A stretch of 64,000 nt of DNA from Octopus sinensis (taxonomy: Eukaryota). This document shows positions 35,850 to 46,127 of this stretch, one piece after another (the first letter of the stretch is position 1; every line of letters starts with the position of its first letter). Location of the stretch: the NCBI RefSeq assembly GCF_006345805.1, contig NC_043014.1:46996001-47060000 (forward strand), given 5' to 3'. The position numbers and the translations under genes were made by a program. The notes below the pieces were generated by a model. It did not search any database and was not told the origin of the DNA. It saw only the letters and a program-made list of their open reading frames with translations.

Positions 35850-36260
35850 GTAGACAGGAAGCAGTGGAGTGAAGGTAGATAAGACGCGGACAGTGGTAGG
35901 GTCACATTAGAAGAGACAGAAGTTGTGTGGGTTGATGCCCAGGAAATGCTGGTTGGTGGGAGGGAAGGTGAAGGGGGGGAGTGAAGATGGTTGGTGATGG
36001 GGGAGACAAAAGGGTGTCGGTTGATCAATATTGAAGGTGTAACGGCAAATAGCATTGTAGGTTGGGGTTAGCCATATTGTTGTAAAAAAAATAGATTGTG
36101 TAGTGTGACTGGACATCAAAGATGGTGTTGACTGCAGGAGTGGATGTGTTGTGAGAAGGAATGGCCATTTGTGATAATTAGGTTGGAATGGAGTGAAATC
36201 GAGGTAGGAGTGGGAGTCAGGAGATTTGTAAAAGATGGAGGTGTTTACGAAACTGACAGG
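35850..36260 (-). mobile_element. Degenerate Penelope-like RT thumb/linker fragment
   Basis: Minus-strand translation NTSIFYKSPDSHSYLDF resembles the PLE TSxYxKPTDxHxYL motif; PFTFPPTN resembles the PLE linker; many stops and shifts. Confidence 0.5.
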
Positions 36261-36782
36261 AGTAGCAGAGGTGTTTGGGAAGTTGGCAGAAGCGAATTCA
36301 CTGGAAAAATGAAAGAAAGGTGTTTACAGGTGACACTGAAACAGTGGTCACTTTAATGATCTTATAGCTCTGAGGTGAGTTGCTGGAGACTCTGAGGCCT
36401 TCACTTTACCATGGAGGTGCATGGCTTAATGGTTAAGGTGCTGGGTCCATGATCATAACAGTGGGATTTCAATTCCCGGACTGAGCAATGTATTGTATTT
36501 TTTGACAAAACACTTCATATCACATCACTCTGGTCCATCCAGCTGGCAAAAATGAGTGTTTGATGGACTGACGTCCTGTCCAAGGGAAATAGAGGTGCCA
36601 CAGAAACCAGCTCTATGAGTCTATACAACTCGGGACAGAGCTCTCGCTATCCTCCACTTGACCCAAATCAGATTAACTCAGTTGATGCGTGTGGTCACTC
36701 CTGTAACTCGATGGCACAAGTTGAAGGTGGAGTGAAGATGCTGAGTACAATGGAAGAATTTGAGCATTGAAAGTTAATCACC

Positions 36783-37200
36783 ATAGGCGCAGGAGTGGCT
36801 GTGTGGTAAGTAGCTTGCTAACCAACCACATGGTTGCGCGTTCAGTCCCACTGCGTGGCATCTTGGGCAAGTGTCTTCTGCTATAGCCCCAAGCCGACCA
36901 ATGCCTTGTGAGTAGATTTGGTAGACAGAAACTGAAAGAAGCCTGTCATATATATATATATATATGTATATATGTGTGTGTGTGTGTGTTTGTTTGTCTG
37001 TGTTTGTCCCCCTAGCATTGCTTGACAACCGATGCTGGTGTGTTTACGTTCCCGTCACTTAGCGGTTCAGCAAAAGAGACCAATAGAATAAGTACTGGGC
37101 TTACAAAAGAATAAGTCCCAGGGTCGATTTGCTCGACTAAAGGCGGTGCTCCAGCATGGCGGCAGTCAAATGACTGAAACAAGTAAAAGAGTAAAAGAGT
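36783..37200 (+). mobile_element. SINE family A
   Basis: Full-length copy. Confidence 0.85.
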
Positions 37201-37502
37201 ATACCAATGATGGCAGAACTTAACGTCTATTGTGAAAAAGAGCTGCAGTGGGCCAGTGAATGGTGTGGCTGGTTTATCGGGTGTTTGATGGGAAGAGGAA
37301 TGGAAGCAAGAATAAGAACTTGGATATTTGGATCATGAATTTGATGAGACAATTGGATGTGGAGATAAATGTAGATGAGATTTGTTAGGTGTTGGTGGTA
37401 ACAGTACATGGTGAATAGGTGACGAGCAATAGCAGAAAATTACCAGAATATAATGATAAGTCTGTCTCAGTAGAACATTATAGTTATTAATAGTAATTAA
37501 TT

Positions 37503-37641
37503 TGTACAGTAATTAATGTCAGGAGAGTAATTAACAACAGTACTGTAATTACTAATAATTAATCTGTACAGTAATTAATGCCGGTAGAGTAATTAACAAC
37601 AGTACTGTAATTACTAATAATTAATCTGTACAGTAATTAAT
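37503..37641. repeat. 62-bp tandem repeat (~2.2 units)
   Basis: tgtacagtaattaat at 37503, 37565, 37627. Confidence 0.8.
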
Positions 37642-37879
37642 AAGTGAACAGTCCTTGGGGCAATATTGTTAGCATTATGTTCTGAGTTCAAATTCCACCA
37701 ACTTTGCCTTTTATGCTTTTGGGGTTGATAAAATAAGTACCAGTTGTGTACTGGAGACGATGTAATCAGTTAGCCCCTTCCCTCAAAAACTGCTGGCCTT
37801 GTGTCAAAATTTGAAACCAATATCTGTACGGTCCTTAACACTGGTGCAGCAATAAACAGTAATTAATACCTGTACTATT

Positions 37880-38222
37880 GGGTTGGGACCCCCTTCAGTC
37901 AGGACTGACCGTGGGTTTGCACCTAGAAAGTTACCCTCCCAGGCACAAGTCTGGGCAAGATTGTTTATGGAAGACCGGCAGTCACCCATGCATACCGGCC
38001 TCCCCTCTCCACGCCACCAGTGTTATCCAAGGGAAAGGCAAAAGGGCCGATACAGCTTGACACCAGTGATGTCGCAACTCATTTCTACAGCTGAGTGAAC
38101 TGGAGCAACGTGAAATAAAGTGTCTTGCTCAACAACACAACACACAGCCCAGTCCGGGATTCGAGCTCACAACCTCATGATCGTAAGCTCGATGCTCTAA
38201 CCAATGAGCCATGCGCCTTCAC
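37880..38222 (-). mobile_element. tRNA-derived SINE family C with central ttgagcaagacacttt domain
   Basis: Minus head gtgaaggcgcatggctcattgg...gagctcgaatcc; central domain resembles conserved V/Meta/CORE-type SINE domains (not assigned). A degenerate relative may lie at 36412-36620 (+). Confidence 0.65.
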
Positions 38223-38313
38223 TTACCTCTACTATAATTAACAGAATATAAGTAATGATCGTGATACCCACCACAAAGAAATCAAGCTAAGTAAGAATCT
38301 TTTAAGTAACAAC

Positions 38314-39015
38314 GGATCTTTTCCTTTTGAACGGCAGATGTCAACACAATTTCTAGGTAACTAAAAAGTTTTAAACTTCGTATATGGCGGTGCCCCAGCA
38401 TGGCCACAGCTCATGAGCTGAAACTAGATAAATTTTTTTTTTAAAAAAAATACTGGTAGAATGTGTTTATAAAACATCATTTTCTCTTGGTTTTATTGAG
38501 AAAATTCTATGGTTTGTAAGATATTTTGTCTGAAAATCCGAGCATTTCGGCAATTTTAACCAATCAATTACCTCCATTCAACTAAAATCATTTGCTGCAT
38601 CTAAAACTGAGACAACATCCTGTAACTAACCCTAAACCTCACCCCTAACCCTAACCCTAAATTTTTTTTTCTTAATTGTTAAATTAATTTAATTCCATTG
38701 CTTTAGTTTTTTTACACGTGTAACAATTAAATTAATTTAACAATTAAGAAAAAAACATTTAGGGTTAGGGGGGAGGTTTAGGGTTAGTTACAGGATGTTC
38801 TCTCAGTTTTAGACGCAGCAAATGATTTTAGCTCAAAAGACGGCACAGGATTGGTTAAAATTCGAAAAATTAAACTACGTTAAACAAACAAATTACAATT
38901 TTCTCAAGAAAGCCAAGAGAAAAAAATGTTTTATTTTGACACTTTCTACCAGTATACGAAGTTTTAAAGTGTTTCGTTAACTAGAAATTGTCTGCCGTTC
39001 AAAAGGAAAAGATCC
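38314..39015. mobile_element. Foldback-type member of the same MITE superfamily, with SINE tail insert at ~38386-38450
   Basis: TSD gtaacaac at 38306-13 and 39016-23; the two arms are inverted over nearly the full length; (CCCTAA)/(TTAGGG) tracts in both arms. Confidence 0.85.
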
Positions 39016-39101
39016 GTAACAACTACCCCAAAACATACAATCCACTTCAATTATGAAGAAAAGAGAGGATGAAACCAAAAAACTGTCCACAGTCTGTCTA
39101 C

Positions 39102-39274
39102 CCGATGCTGGTGTGTTTACGTCCCCGTAATTTAGCGGTTTGGCAAAAGAGACAGATAGAATAAGTACTAGGCTTACAAAGAATAAGTCCTGGGATCGAT
39201 TTGCTTGACTAAAGGCGGTGCTCCAGCATGGCCACAGTCAAATGACTGAAACAAGTAGAAGAGAGAGTAAGAGT
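39102..39274 (+). mobile_element. SINE family A, 3' half only
   Basis: 5'-truncated; matches post-microsatellite half. Confidence 0.8.
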
Positions 39275-39780
39275 GATAACTCTTATTTACATGAGAATGT
39301 TGAGGCTTCTGTAATGTAAAAGGGAGGTAATTCCTTTTCAGAACTCACACTGAGGTATGCAAGGGAGATAACTTAAGTATTTAAGCAAGCGACGATAATT
39401 CTACAAAGGTGTTCGTTGCATTTTGGAAAAATAATAGGCTCGAATTTAGTCACAAGGCTAGCAGTTTTAGTGTAAGGAACTTAGTCGATAGCATCGACTC
39501 CAATTCTTGGCTGATATACTATTTTTCGGAAGGATGAAACACAAAGTTGACTTCGGCGGGATTTGAGCGCAGAACGCAACGAACTGGAAGAAACACTACT
39601 AAATGGCTCACGGTCTTGAATAGTGGAAGCTGTCGCGTGAAGAGGACTACACTTGCTCTAGATCTGAACTCAAGGCGTACACCTCCACACACAAATGTTT
39701 CATTTATACAAATGTCAGAAATAATCAATTAAAATATGAAAATTACATTGTGATAAACACTCCACAGAGACGAAACTATA

Positions 39781-40198
39781 TATTTCTTAATTGCCCACAA
39801 GGGGCTAAACATAGGGGGGACAAACAAAGACAGACAAAGGGATTAAGTCGATTACATCGACCCCAGTGCGTAACTGGTACTTAATTCATCGATCCCGAAA
39901 GGATGAAAGGCAAAGTCGACCTCGGCGGAATTTGAACTCAGAACGTAACGGCAGACGAAATACCTATTTCTTTATTACCCACAAGGGGCTAAACATAGAG
40001 GGGACAAACAAAGACAGACAAAGGGATTATGTCGATTACATCGACCCCAGTGCGTAATTGGTTCTTAATTCATCGACCCCGAAAGGATGAAAGGCAAAGT
40101 GGACCTCGGCGGAATTTGAACCCAGAACGTAACGGCAGACGAAATACCGCAAAGCATTTCGCCCGGCGCGCTAACGTTTTCTGCCAGCTCGCCGCCTT
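39781..40198 (-). mobile_element. SINE family D dimer (full copy + headless copy) within a single TSD
   Basis: 17-bp TSD acagagacgaaactata at 39764-80 and 40199-215. Confidence 0.85.
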
Positions 40199-40381
40199 AC
40201 AGAGACGAAACTATAGCAAATGGTGATTTAGGTCTTTGGGAAAGGCATGAGCATCACAACAGAGAGATCACTTTTAGAGAGACTTAGTAATTTTAATATT
40301 TCTATTATTGAAAACAAGTGGATGTATTCCACCGAAGCTAGGTAAATAAAACCTTTGAACAGAGATTGTCGGAAGCGACAC

Positions 40382-40453
40382 CTACTGGTTTGGCTACGCT
40401 GCATTGAAAAGGGGCAATACCCCGAAACGCGTCTGTAGCTGCCGGCCAAGTAG
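40382..40453 (+). ncRNA. Type I hammerhead ribozyme motif, U3/A8 core variant (copy 1; predicted cleavage after GUC at 40433)
   Basis: GCUGCA-UUGAAAA-GGGG(CAAUA)CCCC-GAAA-CGCGU-C-UGUAGC: stem I 40398-403/40434-439, stem II 40411-423, palindromic stem III ACGCGU; stem I extends via CUACU-GG-UUUGGC / GCCGGCCAAGUAG. Paired by eye. Confidence 0.8.
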
Positions 40454-40967
40454 TGTGGAGCGACTGACCTCCCTTGTTCAAAGGTTATATGGATACAGTT
40501 TGTGTATCAAATAGCTAACTTAAGGCGATGGCCTCATGGAGCTAATAAGCGGTCAGCTTTTTTCTTATTTTTATAAGAATGCCATATTAGTATGGCGATA
40601 AATAATATTTTCCGGGAACGCTGCCGTTGTTCTCTTTTAGAGAGACTTAGTAATTTTAATATTTCTATTATTGAAAACAAGTGGATGTATTCCACCGAAG
40701 CTAGGTAAATAAAACCTTTGAACAGAGATTGTCGGAAGCGACACCTACTGATTTTTCCTTGGATTACGTCGGATTATTTTACGCTGTAAGCTGTTATGTT
40801 AGTTCGTTCTGTTCTGGATTTACACGTACAATTTTTGGAGTATTAACTTGTGAAACAAAGTAATTTTCGCCCTTCGGGGTAGAAAATTCCTTTTTATATA
40901 TGAACTTTAATTCAGTGTGGATTTAATTTTTATCTTGTCTCTTGTGACAAGTCACTTGCATTTTATT

Positions 40968-42449
40968 ATGGATCTTGACTTAACGTCAAATTCTGATTTT
41001 CCCGAGATGGGAGAAGTTATAAAGCAAAAGGATACAAAGGAGAAACAAAGTTTTTCGGAAGCCGTTGGAGGCAATGTTATAGAACTGGAAGTAACAATGG
41101 AGGATCTCTTCAAGTTCAGAAAGTTCATACAAAGGAATGGAGAAGAAGAAACGAGAATAATACCGCCCCCTGACACCTTACAAGCAATCCGTGAGAAGAC
41201 GGTAATTTATAAGGTATATAATATTAAGGAAAAAAAGATTGCAGATGTAAGAAATGAATTGGTAGAACGGTGCATGGCACCAATTTGGAACAAGGTTCGC
41301 TATGTTGGCCGAGGAGTGAGAAGCGCTACTATTGAAGCGCATTTCGAGTCGGCTAGCATAGCGAAGGAAATTTCAACTCAAACGTTGAAGAGTGCAGACA
41401 TCCTGTTGCTGCCCACGTACTTAGGGCGCAGAACAGCTAAGATAACAATAGAGGATATACCAACAGGTTACGATGTAATGTGGGCAGCAACAGCGGTCGT
41501 ATTCGACGTAGAAGAGAAATTAAACATTTTAAACATGAGGATGAAAGAGGCAAAATTTTGGAAAGGTCAGCAGCTTGAAATGATCGTTCAAGCTGACAAT
41601 GCAACGCTGGAGAGTTTGCCAGACAGGGTCTTCGTGGGGGATGGACACACTGCGCGGGTATCGGTTGAGGGACGTAGGCCCAGATGTTTCAAATGTGGGC
41701 AGAAGGGTCACGTCCGCTCAGAGTGCAAAAAGAAAAAACCCGTTAATGCCCCCATTCAAACCGCTGTGGAGAACAAAGCAGACATCACAGCAACAACAAA
41801 AGAGAATACCCGGAAAAAGCAAAATGAAAGTCAAAAGGAGGAAAAGAAAATGAATGGAAAACAAAGCGAAAACGAAAACGAGGTGGAAAATAATTTATCA
41901 AATGGAAAAGAACTGGAAGTAATGGAATATACGACCGTAACCAACAAAAGGAAGAAATCCAATACCCCGGACTCCCCACCCCAAACAAAAAGAAAAACAA
42001 ACGCAGAACAACACAAAAAAATTATCCAATCCCACCCCGCTGGCACTACTTTTGTAGGCCAGCATTTCATTAAACCCCAGCCCCCAACTTTAAAAGGATT
42101 CAAAAAAACCGATAGGTGCATTGCTTATAACACAAAAAACGAGAGAGTAGTTTGGTACATAAAGGCGAAACCAAACATAAAATGTTTCAAACCATCGGAA
42201 AAAAACCCGGATTGGAGGTATGCGAAGGTTGGAGAGGAGGAATGGAAGGAGAGACTCTTCCAACTACACGTGAGGGACAACCTGATTAAAGATGTCACAC
42301 AAGAGGTGATAGCTGGAAAATTGAATATTAGCCCGGCAGCCACTCCATCCCAGAGCCCGGTGGCAACGCCGGTTAAATGCCCAGCAACAACGGAGAGTGT
42401 GGGGGAAGCAGGCAGACAAAAGCTGCCATGCTCCCTCTCACAACCGTAA
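40968..42449 (+). CDS. Tx1-like ORF1p (nucleic-acid-binding protein, 493 aa from first ATG)
   Basis: Open frame; CFKCGQKGHVRSEC zinc knuckle followed by a K/E/N-rich low-complexity region; 24-nt spacer to ORF2. Confidence 0.88.
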   Translation: MDLDLTSNSDFPEMGEVIKQKDTKEKQSFSEAVGGNVIELEVTMEDLFKFRKFIQRNGEEETRIIPPPDTLQAIREKTVIYKVYNIKEKKIADVRNELVERCMAPIWNKVRYVGRGVRSATIEAHFESASIAKEISTQTLKSADILLLPTYLGRRTAKITIEDIPTGYDVMWAATAVVFDVEEKLNILNMRMKEAKFWKGQQLEMIVQADNATLESLPDRVFVGDGHTARVSVEGRRPRCFKCGQKGHVRSECKKKKPVNAPIQTAVENKADITATTKENTRKKQNESQKEEKKMNGKQSENENEVENNLSNGKELEVMEYTTVTNKRKKSNTPDSPPQTKRKTNAEQHKKIIQSHPAGTTFVGQHFIKPQPPTLKGFKKTDRCIAYNTKNERVVWYIKAKPNIKCFKPSEKNPDWRYAKVGEEEWKERLFQLHVRDNLIKDVTQEVIAGKLNISPAATPSQSPVATPVKCPATTESVGEAGRQKLPCSLSQP

Positions 42450-42473
42450 GTAACAAACTTTCTTCATTCATCG

Positions 42474-45400
42474 ATGATTAAGTTGGGCTGTATAAATGTG
42501 CGTGGAATGGGGTCGAAATGGAAACAGGCTTGCTTGCTGGACGACCTCAGGACACACAGAATAGATGTAGCCATTGTCACCGAGTCCAAGATGAGAGGAA
42601 CCCAAGCGTTCTCGCATCTTCTCAATGGTTACGAGAAATTTATTTCTCCTAGCCGAGGAGGAAGTGCAGGCGTGGCAGTCCTTATCAGGAAGAACTTGGA
42701 CTTACAGGTAAGTACTGTCTTTATGGACCCAGAAGGTAGGCTGGTTGTCCTCGATGTAACTCACGTAAGTAAGCAGTCCTTCAGGTTGGTAGCTGTTTAT
42801 GCTCCTAATGAGGGTAGGCAGACTGGTTTTTATCGGAACTTGGAGCACTTTCTAGTGACGTCTAAAACGGTAGTATTGGTAGGGGATTTCAACACTATCA
42901 TCGATGCGCGGATAGATAGTGTGGGCTCGTCTGATAGAAGGGGGAATCCTTGCCTTAAGGGTCTACTGACGAGCTTTAATCTAGTAGATCGGTTTCGAAT
43001 GGATGAGCCGAGCATTCCACAGTGGACGTGGAGTAACAATGACGGCTCACGCAGATCGTATATAGATAGGGTATTTGTTAAAGAACGAGATAGGAATAGC
43101 ATTAGCTGTCCACAATTTTGTATTGTGCCTTACACGGATCACAAATTAGTGACGTGTGAGGTACATGTAGAGAAATGCCATAGACAGGGACCCGGATACT
43201 GGAAAATGAACAAGTCTATTTTGGCTTGTGAAGCTTTCCGTAACCGGATTATGGAATTAGTCCAGAGGGCATTATGTGGAACCATCATTAATAATAGATG
43301 GTGGATCGCCCTCAAAAGAGCCATCCGTTTGGAGTCCATTAGATTTAGCAACCAGCTAAGTTTAGATAGGACTAGAATAGAGGGCGATTTAGTTAAGAAC
43401 TTAGACGAGGCAATGGGATCTGGCTGTGCATCTAGAGTGTTAGCAGAGAGAACGATCTTGTACCGTCACCTCAATGCCAAGCATGAAGGATGTAGAGTCA
43501 GAGCTAAGCTACGTGCAGTGAAACGAGAAGGTATTAATGTTGCCGGATGGGCACGTCGTGTGGAGAGTCAGAAGGGCAAAAAGTCCTCTATTAAGTCTTT
43601 AACTGACGAACAGGGACGCAAAATCTATGGACAGGAGGAGATACAGAAGGTCTTTCAACAGCATTTCGCTCGGTTGTTTGGGGAGGGCGATCCACTCGAG
43701 CGAGGGGAGGACTTACAGAACTTCCTAGCTGGTGGGCCTCGGCTCTCGCCAAGCAGAGCGGAACGCTGTGAAGGACCGATTACTCCCGCGGAGGTAAGAG
43801 GGGTTTTGGCTGAATGCGCCCGGGAAAAGTCGCCGGGACTGGATGGTCTGCCCTATGAGTTTTATTGTTGTATGCCGGACTTGTTCGGGGACATACTGGC
43901 AAGCGTCTACGCAAACTGGCAACAGAATGGGAGGATTCCCAGTTCTGTGAGCCGGGGAGTTGTGACGCTGATCCAGAAAGACCCGAGCAAGGGGGATAAT
44001 ATTAGTAATTATAGGCCCATAACTCTACTTAATGTAGAGTTAAAGATTTTGGCCAAGGTGTTAGCAGAAAGGTTGAAGGTCGTCATGGAAAAACTTGTCG
44101 GAAAGGCACAGACATGTGCAATCCCAGGCAGGTCGATCGAAGATAATCTTCACCTTCTACGCTACACTATAGACAGGGTTGGGCAATTAGCCGGCAAAGG
44201 AGGGGCATTGGTCCATTTAGACCAAAGTAAAGCATTTGATAGGGTAGATCATCAGTACCTGGCGACGGTTCTCGAAGCGGCTGGGCTAGGTCCTGACTTT
44301 CGCGGGTGGATATCAGCTATGTACAGCGGTATCAAGTCCACAGTCCAGATAAACGGTTACTTAACGGAACCGTTTTCGATTAAGCGTTCAGTTCGTCAAG
44401 GATGTCCCTTGTCCCCTCTCCTGTACGTTTTGGCTCTTGAGCCATTGCTGCGGAAGTTGGAGACGGTGAGATGCAATCCTAATGAAATCGGATGCGGTAA
44501 GTCTGTTTCTGCGTATGCGGATGACGTCACCTTCATCGTGTCCAACGAAGCACAACTAACTCGTGTAGAAGGTGCTCTCCGAAGATACGAAGCGGTGGCT
44601 GGGGCAAAAGTTAACAAGGACAAGTCCACTGGTTTGCGCCTCGGCACCTGGAGGAACAAGCCGATATCGTCCAGTGTTGTTGGACACTGGACAGATGGTC
44701 CTGTTAAATTGCTTGGAGTTTGGTTTGGTTCAGACTCCCAGACGGAGAGAAAAATTGGAGCGAGGTAGTGACCAAGGTAGAAGCCATAGTTCGGGAGTGG
44801 TTCGGAAGGCATCTTTCCTTGAAAGGGAGGGCGGAGGTGGTACAGGTGTTTATAGCATCTGTAATCACCTATCGCCTGACTGTCGTGCCTTGCCCCGATT
44901 TGTGGCTAAGCAAGTTGGATCGACTCCTTTTCCGCTTTTTGTGGAAGGGAGGAAAGCCACTTGTAAGGCGCTCCGTGTGTTGCCAGGAACCACTAAAGGG
45001 TGGGCTGGGGATGCCTTGGTTAATGATGCGCAGGCATGCGCTGAGACTGAGACATCTCTGGTTTCACCTGGAAGGTGATAAGGTGTGGAGTCCGCTGGCA
45101 GATAATTTCTTCCCGCAACCGGACTCTATGGAGAGATTTAAACCCGGTTTCATTAAAAGACGGAACCTGACTTTATGGCAGAAAGAGTGCCGACAGGCAC
45201 TCTGGCTGATCCACAAGATAGGCAAAGCCGGCTGCGGGAATACCACCTCGACATTTTATAGAAGGATGGTAGAGGCAAAAAATGACGACGTCCTAAGAGG
45301 GGCTCTGGGGTTCGATGAGGATCAACTATCCGACCTGTTTAAGAAGACTTTCAAGCCGGGGTATTTGGACAATTACCAAAAATCCCTGACTTGGCAGTGC

Positions 45401-45874
45401 TATAGGAATGCTCTACCTGTTCGCGATAAGTTATATAGGCATGGAATGTCAGTGCCACCGACATGTCCAAGATGTGGGTTGGACGATGAAACCGTCCAGC
45501 ACGCTTTTGTACATTGTCAGGAGCTGTCAGGCTTAATAAGTTACGTAGAACACGTGTTGTCGCATCTGGGACGAGTACAGCTATCGGCTGGTTCTATAAT
45601 AAAGATGATACCGCCAGCTGGACTCTCAAAGGAAGGTGAGGCTTGTTTTCACTGTACGGTGGCAGTACTGAAAGAGTGTGTGTGGAGAACTAGATTGGAA
45701 GGTTTGGTGTCAGGAACCTTTGTCTCTGGATATGGTATGTTAAAATACTTCAGATACCATCTAAAGAGCAAGATGGATTTAGAGAAGAGGAACCTGACAC
45801 AGAAAAAGTATGTGAATCGATGGAAGGATGTGATAAAAAAGGTGGGTGTGAGTAACCCTGCTTGGTCATCATGA
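42474..45874 (+). CDS. Tx1-like ORF2p (AP endonuclease, reverse transcriptase, C-terminal zinc finger); one 2-nt frameshift near 44749
   Basis: Motifs INVRG, VTESK, VYAPN, GDFN, RSYIDR, TDHK (APE); KSPGLDG, YRPITLLN, KAFDRV, RQGCPLSP, YADD (RT); CPRCGLDDETVQHAFVHC. Track ORFs 42474-44768 and 44720-45874 join if an extra GA is removed (would give 1132 aa). Confidence 0.9.
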
Positions 45875-46127
45875 AGGGAGAAAATAGTCTCTGGGCTCTT
45901 AGGCTGTCGGGTAAGAATCCTGACTGTGATATACCTAGCTGGCCAAAATCATTTTTAATTTTAAAAAAAAAGGAGAAAAGTAAAGTCTAGTATCATAATC
46001 AATAATCAACATATGTAAATATCAAACGAACAACGTAAACTTTTTGTAATTATGTTTTGTATTGTAATGTACTATCTCTGTAAGATTTTTATAATCATAA
46101 TAAAGATTTAGGAAGCGACACCTACTG

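Larger units (their letters stand above)
40751..46110 (+). mobile_element. Full-length non-LTR retrotransposon, L1 superfamily, Tx1-like clade (copy 1, 5360 bp)
   Basis: 5'UTR, ORF1 with CCHC knuckle, ORF2 with APE-RT-zinc finger, 3'UTR ending aataaagattta without poly(A); flanked by exact 17-bp ggaagcgacacctactg at 40734-40750 and 46111-46127. Confidence 0.93.
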
